DNA of 25,562 nt from a virus. Taxonomy: Duplodnaviria; Caudoviricetes. The position numbers and the translations under genes were made by a program. This document shows positions 1 to 7,070 of the stretch, piece by piece (position 1 is the stretch's first letter; each line of letters starts with the position of its first letter). Under the pieces are notes generated by a model. The model saw nothing but the letters and a program-made list of their open reading frames with translations. It was not told where the DNA came from and ran no database searches. The stretch covers positions 1-25,562 of the IMG/VR virus record IMGVR_UViG_3300036805_000219, one strand, 5' to 3'.

Positions 1-619
1 ACCCGCCGTAGGGGTCCTCCGGGTCGGGGTAGTTGTTGTACACGACCTCAGTCGGCAGCAACGGCACGCGCTCCATGCCGTCCGGCGAGGTGTAGATCCA
101 CCCGGCCATGTAGTTGTCCCGGTCGGGGACCGGCACCATCCGGTCGGGCCGCACCGGCCACATGCCCAGCGGCAGCGTGGAACCCTCCGGATGAGTGATG
201 ACCCAGTGCGACTTGCCGGCCGTCTCCATCCAGATGCTGCTGATCTCCATCAGCCGCGCCCGCGTCCACGCCTGCCACCGCACCCCGTTCACCTGGATGC
301 TCGCCGGGGTGCTCAGCACGTTCAAAGCCCCGTGCTGAATGACCTCTTTGCGCTGATCGGAGCCCTGGTCGCTCGTCGTGTAGCGGCGCCGGCCATCCTG
401 CGGCTGCTTGCGGTACAGATGCCAGCTCGGCGCTGCGACCGCCCAGGCCAGCAGCGAGATGTTCGACAGCGCGGTGCCGTTCATCTTGTAGGCGCGGATC
501 AGCGCCAGGTCCAGGTTCGCGTTCAGGCCCCCGCTGGGCAGCCGCATCGGCGTGGGGGAGGCCAGCGGCACCGGCGGCCCGCCGGTGCTCGCCAGCGCCT
601 TGCCGATCAGGCTGGCCAT
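1..619 (-). CDS. Phage portal protein (HK97-type), N-terminal part, truncated by the window edge
   Basis: Not in the ORF track. My translation from ATG 619 is open to the edge: MASLIGKALAS...AVAAPSWHLYRK...IWMETAGKSHWVI...LGMWPVRPDRMVPVP...GWIY...LLPTEVVYNNYPDPEDPYGG, portal-like motifs. TGATG overlap with the upstream gene. Confidence 0.85.
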   Translation of the reverse strand, partial: MASLIGKALASTGGPPVPLASPTPMRLPSGGLNANLDLALIRAYKMNGTALSNISLLAWAVAAPSWHLYRKQPQDGRRRYTTSDQGSDQRKEVIQHGALNVLSTPASIQVNGVRWQAWTRARLMEISSIWMETAGKSHWVITHPEGSTLPLGMWPVRPDRMVPVPDRDNYMAGWIYTSPDGMERVPLLPTEVVYNNYPDPEDPYGG

Positions 620-828
620 CAGCCGCCACCCCCGGGGGCGAGGACCTCAAGGTCCGCGCCGCCGTCGAGGACGATGACGCGCACGCCCTCGATGCCGGCC
701 GCGGCGCGCACCTGGGCCTTGACGGCATCGGCGGCGGCCATGTCCAGGCTCTCGGCGAAGCGGACCACCAGCCGGTCACCGGGACGGACGGTCAGCCGCT
801 TGACCTCGGTGATCTCCGGCAGGTCCAT
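619..828 (-). CDS. Hypothetical protein, 69 aa (MDLPEITEVKRLTVRPGDRLVVRF...)
   Basis: C-terminal part of ORF 619..1320; high GC3; stop overlaps the portal ATG. Confidence 0.7.
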   Translation of the reverse strand: MDLPEITEVKRLTVRPGDRLVVRFAESLDMAAADAVKAQVRAAAGIEGVRVIVLDGGADLEVLAPGGGG

Positions 829-830
829 CG

Positions 831-1073
831 CTAGCCCGTGATCTTGTAGTCGGCCAGCAGCAGCGACACACCCACCGCGGCCCAGCCCTGCGCGAACCCC
901 AGGTGGAACATCGCGACATCGACGGCCGCCATCGCCGCCACCGTCAGCGCATGATCCGACACCAGCGCCGCCACCTTCGACGGGCGCCCCTTCCGGCGGG
1001 CCCGCGCCTGCAGGTCGCGCGCCAGCATCCCCAGCAGGGAACGGCGCCCGGACGGGGCGGTCACAGCGGCCAT
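831..1073 (-). CDS. Small membrane protein upstream of portal, 80 aa
   Basis: MAAVTAPSGRR...HALTVAAMAAVDVAMFHLGFAQGWAAVGVSLLLADYKITG; two hydrophobic segments; small TM genes often precede HK97-type portals. Confidence 0.7.
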   Translation of the reverse strand: MAAVTAPSGRRSLLGMLARDLQARARRKGRPSKVAALVSDHALTVAAMAAVDVAMFHLGFAQGWAAVGVSLLLADYKITG

Positions 1074-1165
1074 GCGGCTCCCCAGCGGCCAGGAGTTGGC
1101 CCGCCAGGCGCGACAGCCCGCCAGAGCATGCAACGCCTGGCGGGCTGTCAGGCGACATCGTAGCC

Positions 1166-1209
1166 GTAGATTTTCCTGTTAAGGCACACTGACACAGGAA
1201 AACTTCCTG
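1166..1209. promoter_or_regulatory. Inverted-repeat operator-like boxes in the divergent portal/terminase intergenic region
   Basis: TTTTCCTGT (1171-1179), 14-nt spacer, ACAGGAAAA (1194-1202); overlapping CAGGAA-AAC-TTCCTG (1195-1209); locally AT-rich. Confidence 0.55.
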
Positions 1210-1222
1210 GCAGGAGGGTGCG

Positions 1223-1531
1223 GTGACAGCACTGCGCGATGTGAGCGAGCTGCTGTGGCCCGCCGTCGAGGAGACGATCGCGGACCTCGGCCTCGGCAGC
1301 AGCGACGCCGCCGCCGTCAAGCTGGCCCGCCGCTACGCCCGCGTCATCGACCAGGCCACCGACGCCAAGCAAGCCTCCGTGCTGCGGTGGCTCGGCCCCG
1401 AACTGCTCAAAGTGCTCGCCGAGCTCGGCGCCACACCCGCCGCCCGGGCGGCCATGACCAAGGGCAAGAAGCAGCCAGGCGATGACAAGCCCAACCGCCT
1501 CCAGCAGCTCCGCAACGCGCGCGGCGCGTAA
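1223..1531 (+). CDS. terS: Terminase small subunit (actinophage type)
   Basis: RBS AGGAGG then GTG; D-x-A-A-V-x-LA-xx-YA-xx-ID and LGPELLKVLAELGATPAARA motifs; directly upstream of TerL. Confidence 0.85.
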   Translation: MTALRDVSELLWPAVEETIADLGLGSSDAAAVKLARRYARVIDQATDAKQASVLRWLGPELLKVLAELGATPAARAAMTKGKKQPGDDKPNRLQQLRNARGA

Positions 1532-3128
1532 ACGCTGCACCCGCGACGGGTGCCGCAAACTCGCGCGCCCCGGCCGCAAACGCTGCGACGACCACAAACC
1601 CGGCGCCCCCGGCAACCCCGCCAAACGCCCCGGCGGCACCAGGCGCCCACCCCGCAGGCCGCGGCTGCTCGGCCACACCGAACCGCGGATATGCAGCGCC
1701 CAGCCGCGCCGCCCGCTCACCCGCAAGACCACCCGCGGCTACGAGGTCATCGACTTCGCCGAGATGGCCGGCGAACCGCTCCTGCCCTGGCAGCAGTGGG
1801 CCGCCAAGCGCGCCCTGGAGCTCAACCCGGACGGCACCTACCGCTTCCGCGTGGTCATCATCCTGGTCGCCCGCCAGAACGGGAAATCCCACCTCAAGCG
1901 GATGATCTCGCTGTGGCGCCTGTACATGGACGGCGCCCGCCGCATCGTCGGCGCCGCGCAGGACCTGTCCCTGGCCCGCGACCAGTGGCAGATGTGCCAG
2001 GACACCATCCACAACTGCCCCGATCTCGAAGCCGAATGGGGCAGCGTCCGCAACGTCAACGGCGACGAGTACTTCTGGCTCGCCAACGGCGCCCGCTACG
2101 CCATCAAGGCCACCAACCGCAAAGCCGGCCGCGGCGGGTCCAACGACGAGGTCAACATCGACGAGCTGCGCGAGCAGCGCGACTGGGCCGCCTGGGGCGC
2201 CCTGTCCAAGACCACCAACGCCCGCGCCCGCGCCCAGATCTGGCTCATGTCCAACGCCGGCGACGACGAGAGCGTGGTGCTGAACCAGCTCTGCGACAAG
2301 GCCATCGCCGGAGGCGACGACGACGGCGGGGAGATCCTGCTGCTCGAATGGTCCGCCCCCAAAGGCTGCGAGCTCGACGACACCGACGCCTGGTGCTGCG
2401 CCAACCCCGGCCTCGGCTACATCGTCAGCGAGGCCGCCATCCGGCTCGCCCTCAACGACCCGCCCGAGGTCTTCCGCACCGAGGTCCTGTGCCAGCGCGT
2501 CGAGAAACTCGACTGGGCGATCGACCCCGGCGCCTGGAGAGACGGCGCCGACCCCTCCGGCACCATGGACGGCCTGCGCGGCCGCCTCGCCGCCGTCTTC
2601 GACGCCGCCCCCGACGGCCAGCACTTCACCCTCGGCGTCGGCGCCAAGCGCAGCGACGGCCGGATCCGCACCGAGATCGTCCAGGCCTGGACCAGCACCG
2701 CAGCCGTCCGCGCCGAACTGCCCGGCCTGCTGGCACGCGTCCGGCCGCGGGCGTTCTGCTGGTTCCCCTCCGGGCCCGCCGCCGAGCTCGGCACCGTCCT
2801 GCGGCCCCTCGCGCTGAAGTACAACTTCCGCCCCGGCACGCGGCAGGCCAGCGACGTCCCCCTCGACGGCGAGCTCAAGGGCGTCAAGGTCACCGAGGTC
2901 TGCCAGGAGTTCGCCGGGCTGGTGCGTGCCCGCGCCGTCGTCCACGCGGACCAGGACCTGCTCAACGACCACGTCTTCGGCGCGTCCAAGCTGTGGACCG
3001 GCGACGGGTGGCGGTTCATGCGCAAGGGCGCCGGGCACTGCGACGCCGCGTACGTCGCCGCGGGGTGTGTGTGCACCGCGCTTGTGCTGCCCGAGCGGAA
3101 GGTCGCGAAGATCCGCGTCCTCGCGTGA
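1482..3128 (+). CDS. terL: Terminase large subunit
   Basis: LLPWQ adenine-binding motif, Walker A ILVARQNGKS, Walker B VNIDELRE, coupling motif LMSNAG, EWSA, ANPGLG, FRTEVLC, nuclease aspartates AVFDAAPDG and HCDAAYVAA. Exact start uncertain. Confidence 0.95.
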   Translation: MTSPTASSSSATRAARKRCTRDGCRKLARPGRKRCDDHKPGAPGNPAKRPGGTRRPPRRPRLLGHTEPRICSAQPRRPLTRKTTRGYEVIDFAEMAGEPLLPWQQWAAKRALELNPDGTYRFRVVIILVARQNGKSHLKRMISLWRLYMDGARRIVGAAQDLSLARDQWQMCQDTIHNCPDLEAEWGSVRNVNGDEYFWLANGARYAIKATNRKAGRGGSNDEVNIDELREQRDWAAWGALSKTTNARARAQIWLMSNAGDDESVVLNQLCDKAIAGGDDDGGEILLLEWSAPKGCELDDTDAWCCANPGLGYIVSEAAIRLALNDPPEVFRTEVLCQRVEKLDWAIDPGAWRDGADPSGTMDGLRGRLAAVFDAAPDGQHFTLGVGAKRSDGRIRTEIVQAWTSTAAVRAELPGLLARVRPRAFCWFPSGPAAELGTVLRPLALKYNFRPGTRQASDVPLDGELKGVKVTEVCQEFAGLVRARAVVHADQDLLNDHVFGASKLWTGDGWRFMRKGAGHCDAAYVAAGCVCTALVLPERKVAKIRVLA

Positions 3129-3133
3129 CCCGG

Positions 3134-3396
3134 CTGTAGGAAACCTACAAACCAGTTCTGGCCTGCACAGACACGCCCACGGACGGCCGTCACAATGCGT
3201 GATGGTGACTCAGGGTGACAATTTTACCCAACCTTTACCACGTGGGGAGGGAAACACGTGCGGGCGCGGCTCTGATCCGGCACCGCCCACTGGACTTCGC
3301 CACTCTGCGTCATCGCAGGTGAGAGCGCCGGACGGTGGTCACTGACGGTGTGTGACTGCCGTCCTGGCATCGCATTCCTTTGTAGGTTTCCTACAG
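3134..3396. repeat. Perfect 18-bp inverted repeats bracketing a non-coding, cos/packaging-like region
   Basis: CTGTAGGAAACCTACAAA (3134-3151) and TTTGTAGGTTTCCTACAG (3379-3396); each contains TGTAGG-N3-CCTACA. The repeat is seen directly; the cos role is inferred from position next to the HNH and terminase genes. Confidence 0.8.
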
Positions 3397-3819
3397 TCAC
3401 CATGCGGTGCGTGCCTGCGGCTGCGGGTCGGGTCCTGCCAGGAAGCGGTCGATGCGGCCGTGCCACGACTGCGGCCTCCCGGCCTCGGTGGCCCTGCGGT
3501 GCAGCTCGGCGGCCGGGGCGGCCAGGTTCACGAACCGGGCGCCCTTCCGCTCGTACCAGGCACGCTTGGCAGCGGCGGGCTTGCTGTCGACGATCCATAC
3601 GCGGGCACCCTTCGCGTGGCAGGCGACGGCGTGGGTGATCGCGGTGTCGCGCACCTCGGCGGTCACCTTCCAGTGGTGGCTGCCGTGGCCGTGGGTGACG
3701 GGTGAGCCGAGCGCCTGGGCGATGGCGTCGAAGTCGATGACGACGTCGCCGGGGTGGGCGTGCTTGCGCACGTGGGTGCTCTTGCCGGCGCACGGCGGCC
3801 CGGTGACGATGGTGAGCAT
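3397..3819 (-). CDS. Small P-loop NTPase (AAA/nucleotide-kinase-like), HNH-associated, 140 aa
   Basis: MLTIVTGPPCAGKSTHV (Walker A), GDVVIDFDAIAQALG; TAATG coupling to the HNH stop. Confidence 0.85.
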   Translation of the reverse strand: MLTIVTGPPCAGKSTHVRKHAHPGDVVIDFDAIAQALGSPVTHGHGSHHWKVTAEVRDTAITHAVACHAKGARVWIVDSKPAAAKRAWYERKGARFVNLAAPAAELHRRATEAGRPQSWHGRIDRFLAGPDPQPQARTAW

Positions 3820-4136
3820 TACCAGGCTGTCCTCGGCTGCGGGTCGGGGTCTTTGACGGGCCGGTCTGGGTTGCGGTAGCCGGCGCCTTCGCCCGCGGTC
3901 TTCCTGGCGTGGCACGGCCGGCAGGCGGCCCGCAGGTTGCCGAGGCCGTGTCCGCCGCCTTCGGCCCTGGGGATGACGTGGTCGCAGCAGGCGGCGGCCC
4001 CGGCGCAGCCTGGCAGGCGTATCTGGCAGCGCCACTTGTCGCGGCGCATGGCGATGGGCCGGTTCCGCTTGTACTCGGCCGAGCCGTAGAAGGCGGCGTC
4101 GCGGGCCCGGTCCTCAGGTGTGTTCGCCCACGGCAT
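3819..4136 (-). CDS. HNH endonuclease (terminase-associated, HK97 gp74-like), 105 aa
   Basis: RRDKWRCQIRLPGC...DHVIPRAEGGGHGLGNLRAACRPCHARKT; intact H-N-H and Zn cysteines. Confidence 0.9.
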   Translation of the reverse strand: MPWANTPEDRARDAAFYGSAEYKRNRPIAMRRDKWRCQIRLPGCAGAAACCDHVIPRAEGGGHGLGNLRAACRPCHARKTAGEGAGYRNPDRPVKDPDPQPRTAW

Positions 4137-4482
4137 CTGCGTAGTCCGGGTGGTCGCTGCAGACGGCGGCGAGATGGCGGACGACCGTCTCCCACATGTC
4201 CTGGTGGCCGGGGCCGCCGTAGCGCTCGGCGAGGATCTTCCGCTTGGCCTCGACCTCGCGGAACGCGCGGGCCGGGTCGTGGCGGCTGATCCAGTCCGCC
4301 GCGCTCTCATTCCAGGCGTCCGCGATCGCCTCTGTCGCCAGGGCGCCAGCAGTGATGGTGAAGTCGAACTCGCCGTTCTCGCTGATCATCCAGCCGACTT
4401 GGCCGAAGGTGGCGACTATTGCCTTCGCCGCCGCCTCGTCCTCGTCCAGCCGTGCCCGCAGGAACGCCACCAGGTCACCCAT
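4114..4482 (-). CDS. DUF6221-like actinophage protein
   Basis: DLVAFLRARLDEDE...ISRHDPARAFREVEAKRKIL...LAAVCSDHPDY signature. Confidence 0.8.
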   Translation of the reverse strand: MGDLVAFLRARLDEDEAAAKAIVATFGQVGWMISENGEFDFTITAGALATEAIADAWNESAADWISRHDPARAFREVEAKRKILAERYGGPGHQDMWETVVRHLAAVCSDHPDYADAVGEHT

Positions 4483-4660
4483 CGCCCCTCACCCTCTCGG
4501 CGGTGACCTGCACCCCGCCCGGATACGGCTGCAGCGCCACGATCCGCATCTGGGTGTCGTCGGGGCCGGACGGGTCCGTGATGACGTCGCCGGCGTGGAC
4601 GGCGTTCGCGCCGGGGCCGGTGACCGTCCAGGCGTACTGCGGCTCGGCGGGCTCAGTCAT
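4475..4660 (-). CDS. Hypothetical protein, 61 aa
   Basis: High GC3; overlaps the downstream start. Confidence 0.6.
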   Translation of the reverse strand: MTEPAEPQYAWTVTGPGANAVHAGDVITDPSGPDDTQMRIVALQPYPGGVQVTAERVRGDG

Positions 4661-4681
4661 CGTCGCCCCCCGTACGGCGAC

Positions 4682-4876
4682 TCACGGCCGGGCCTCGGCG
4701 TCCAGCAGGAACACCTCCAGCCAGCCGTTCGGGTGGAACGTGGCCACCTCGATGCCGCCGGCGAACAGGCCGAGCTGCAACTGGCTGTCCACCTCCCACC
4801 GTTCGGCGCTGAAGGTCTTCCGGTTGCCGTCCGGGAAGACGACGGCGACCGGCTTCTTCGTGACCTCGCCGCTCAT
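4682..4876 (-). CDS. Hypothetical protein, 64 aa
   Basis: ATGA overlap with the upstream gene; beta-rich, natural-looking sequence. Confidence 0.7.
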   Translation of the reverse strand: MSGEVTKKPVAVVFPDGNRKTFSAERWEVDSQLQLGLFAGGIEVATFHPNGWLEVFLLDAEARP

Positions 4877-5271
4877 GCCGGTGCGGGCTCCGGTTCCGGC
4901 GTCACCGGCACGGGTGCGGGTGACTCGGCCGCGATCGCCTTGAGCACCCGCATGGCCATCTGCTCGGCGGCCGGGTCGATGGTGCCGGCCAGGTCGAGGG
5001 CGAGCTGCACGAGCGGGCTGTCCTCGATGCCCTGGGCGATCTCGCCGAGCTGGGGCAGGTGGGTGTCGATGACGCTCTTGACGGCGGCCTCGGCGGCCTT
5101 CACGTCCTTCTCGGCTGCGGCGACGATGGTTGCCAGGGACATTGCGCCCTCCTTGGGCTGTAGGTGCTCATCTGGATGGTAGTGCGGGTGGTGGTGGTGC
5201 ACGGCGCGCCATGCGGCGCGCTCGATGGCAGTGATGGCGCGCTCGGCGGCTTCGGTGATGTCATGGCCCAT
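4873..5271 (-). CDS. Hypothetical protein with His-rich N-terminus (alternative start at 5142)
   Basis: 132-aa ORF; internal AAGGAGG RBS before ATG 5142. Confidence 0.65.
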   Translation of the reverse strand: MGHDITEAAERAITAIERAAWRAVHHHHPHYHPDEHLQPKEGAMSLATIVAAAEKDVKAAEAAVKSVIDTHLPQLGEIAQGIEDSPLVQLALDLAGTIDPAAEQMAMRVLKAIAAESPAPVPVTPEPEPAPA

Positions 5272-5286
5272 CGGCGCGGATCTTCC

Positions 5287-5523
5287 TCATACGTGCGGGC
5301 TCCGGCTTCCGATCATGACCCCGTCCCCACTGCGGACGAACGTCAGCTCGACCTGCCTGCCCTCCAGCGACGCGGGCGCGCCGTCGTCCTCGAACAGCCA
5401 CCAGTGCGTGCCAGGGCCGGCCGTGAGCGCCAGGCCGCGCTCGACGGCGCGCAGCCCGTCGGGCCACGGCGGGCCGCTGTCCATGAGCTCGTCGGCCACC
5501 AGGACCCAGTAGCGGGCGCTCAC
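5287..5523 (-). CDS. Hypothetical protein, 78 aa (MSARYWVLVADELM...)
   Basis: RBS GAAAGGA then GTG at 5523; high GC3. Confidence 0.7.
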   Translation of the reverse strand: MSARYWVLVADELMDSGPPWPDGLRAVERGLALTAGPGTHWWLFEDDGAPASLEGRQVELTFVRSGDGVMIGSRSPHV

Positions 5524-5946
5524 GATGACTGGTCCTTTCCTGGGAGGTAACCGAGCCGACGGCACAGGGCCGTCCACCGGTTGGCCGTGGCGCGGCTCAG
5601 GCCGTTCGCCCGAGCCGCGGCGGTCATCGCCCGGTGCGGCTGGCGGGCCAGCTCGGCGAGGTAGTCGCTGGCGAACCCGCGGAGCTTCCCCGCGTCGTAG
5701 CCAGGCGGCGGGACGGACGCCCCAGGCGCAGACCGGTGAAGACGCAGCGGCCGTCCTCGGCCCGGTGGCGACCGGGCGCGACCGGCCCGAGATCACCGCG
5801 GCGGTGCTCCGCCGCCCCGACGTCGAGTCGGAACTGCCGAGGCGCCCGGCCGGGGATTCCACGACCCACTCGCCTTCGGGCCCACCCTTCAGGAAGCGGT
5901 AACAGGCCGCTCCCTGTCGCGCCGCAGGTGCTTCCAGCACCGTCAC
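5520..5946 (-). pseudogene. Frameshifted gene with C-terminal HTH-like domain
   Basis: GTG 5946 and TGA 5520 both overlap neighbours (GTGA), but the 427-nt span is not a multiple of 3. Coding-like segments lie in three frames and end ...DYLAELARQPHRAMTAAARANGLSRATANRWTALCRRLGYLPGKDQSS. Confidence 0.55.
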
Positions 5947-6254
5947 TTCGCGCCTCCCTGCGCCGTTCTCCGCCCCGCAGGGGGCTTGGCCTTCCCGCCA
6001 CCCGCCGGAGCCCGCGTCCGCCGCCGTGGCGCTGGCGCGGCAGCCGGCGCGGGCGGCTGCGCGCTCTCGGCCAGCTCGGCCCGGACGGCGGCCTCGTCGG
6101 CCTTGGTGTACGGCTGGCCGCGGTTGCCGGCGGCGCGCTTCTCCGCGGCAGCCACCAGCCGGTCGAGGACGCTCTTGGTGGGGCCGCCGCGATCCAGCAT
6201 CGACCGCCACTCGCTGGTCAGGATCGCGGCGAAGTCCGCGTACAGGCCGGTCAC
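5943..6254 (-). CDS. Hypothetical protein, 103 aa
   Basis: GTGA-coupled on both sides; helical N-terminus, Pro/Ala/Arg tail. Confidence 0.7.
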   Translation of the reverse strand: MTGLYADFAAILTSEWRSMLDRGGPTKSVLDRLVAAAEKRAAGNRGQPYTKADEAAVRAELAESAQPPAPAAAPAPRRRTRAPAGGGKAKPPAGRRTAQGGAK

Positions 6255-6454
6255 GTGGTCCTCCTGGCTGCGGGTGCCGTGCGCTTGCGCGCCGCTGGCT
6301 TCTGCGCCGCCACGTACTCGTCCACGTCGTGCATGACGGCCGCGGTGAACAGCCGGTCGGCCGCTGCCTTGCGGAACGGGACGCGGCGGCGGGCCTTGTC
6401 GCGGGCGTGCAGCGCCTGGGCGATGCGGGTGGCGAGCTGATCACGGTCCATCAC
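6251..6454 (-). CDS. Hypothetical protein, 67 aa
   Basis: Coupled overlaps; high GC3. Confidence 0.65.
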   Translation of the reverse strand: MMDRDQLATRIAQALHARDKARRRVPFRKAAADRLFTAAVMHDVDEYVAAQKPAARKRTAPAARRTT

Positions 6455-6561
6455 GGGTACCTCTCGCAGTGGTGGTGGCAGGCCGCCGGCGGCACCTGCC
6501 GTGGATGGGCGGGCTGGCAGGCGGTGAGCGCGAGCACCAGGAGCACGGCGGCGAGCCTCAC
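6451..6561 (-). CDS. Putative mini-lipoprotein, 36 aa
   Basis: MRLAAVLLVLALTAC-QPAHPRQVPPAACHHHCERYP; signal peptide with LTAC lipobox; GTGA overlaps at both ends. Confidence 0.55.
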   Translation of the reverse strand: MRLAAVLLVLALTACQPAHPRQVPPAACHHHCERYP

Positions 6562-6764
6562 CCGGTCACGTCCTTGCCGAACCCGAACGCGCTGGCCGGT
6601 GCCCGCCGCACCGGCGCCCACGCCCGCTCGGTGCCGCAGCTGGCCGTGCTGGCCTGGTCGCGCACCGGCGGCGTGGCCGGTTCGGCGCCGAGGCGTGCGC
6701 GCAGCTCGCCGATCTCGCTGGTGAGGTCCGCGACGGCCTGTTCGAGGGCGGCGATGCGGCCCAT
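6558..6764 (-). CDS. Hypothetical coiled-coil protein, 68 aa
   Basis: RIAALEQAVADLTSEIGELRARL heptads; the true start may be 6792 across a G5 frameshift. Confidence 0.6.
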   Translation of the reverse strand: MGRIAALEQAVADLTSEIGELRARLGAEPATPPVRDQASTASCGTERAWAPVRRAPASAFGFGKDVTG

Positions 6765-6788
6765 GGTGGTGCCGGGATGCGGGGGCGG

Positions 6789-7070
6789 TCATGGCTTGGC
6801 CTCCAGCGATTCGAGGAGCGCCAGGGCCTGGGCGTGGACGGCGCCGGTGCGCATCCACAGGTCCCGGACGGCGCGGGCGGTGCGCTCCCGCTCGGCGGCG
6901 GCGATGTGCGGCGCGGCGGCTTCGACGGCCGAGTCGATCATGCCGCCCGGCATCGTGACCATCTGCCGCAGCAGCGACGGGTCGCCGCCCACGTCGCTGG
7001 CGAGGTCGGTGCACCAGGTGCGGGCCTCGTCCCGGGCGGCCTGGACCGCTTCGGCTGGCAGGTCAGGCAT
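6789..7070 (-). CDS. Hypothetical protein, 93 aa
   Basis: RBS GGAGG; MPDLPAEAVQAA...AVEAAAPHIAAAERER, a pattern typical of actinophage early proteins. Confidence 0.7.
   Translation of the reverse strand: MPDLPAEAVQAARDEARTWCTDLASDVGGDPSLLRQMVTMPGGMIDSAVEAAAPHIAAAERERTARAVRDLWMRTGAVHAQALALLESLEAKP

Noticed and set aside
48-779. 243-aa - strand ORF and 191..841 + strand ORF
   Set aside because: Shadow frames; the portal frame starting at 619 has recognisable motifs and typical codon usage.
1407-3139. Long ORFs 1407..3038 (-) and 1550..3139 (+)
   Set aside because: Antisense and alternate-frame shadows of terL, expected in high-GC DNA; no motifs.
3129-3400. CRISPR array or IS element
   Set aside because: Only two repeats, in inverted orientation; no spacer periodicity, cas genes, transposase or evident target-site duplication.
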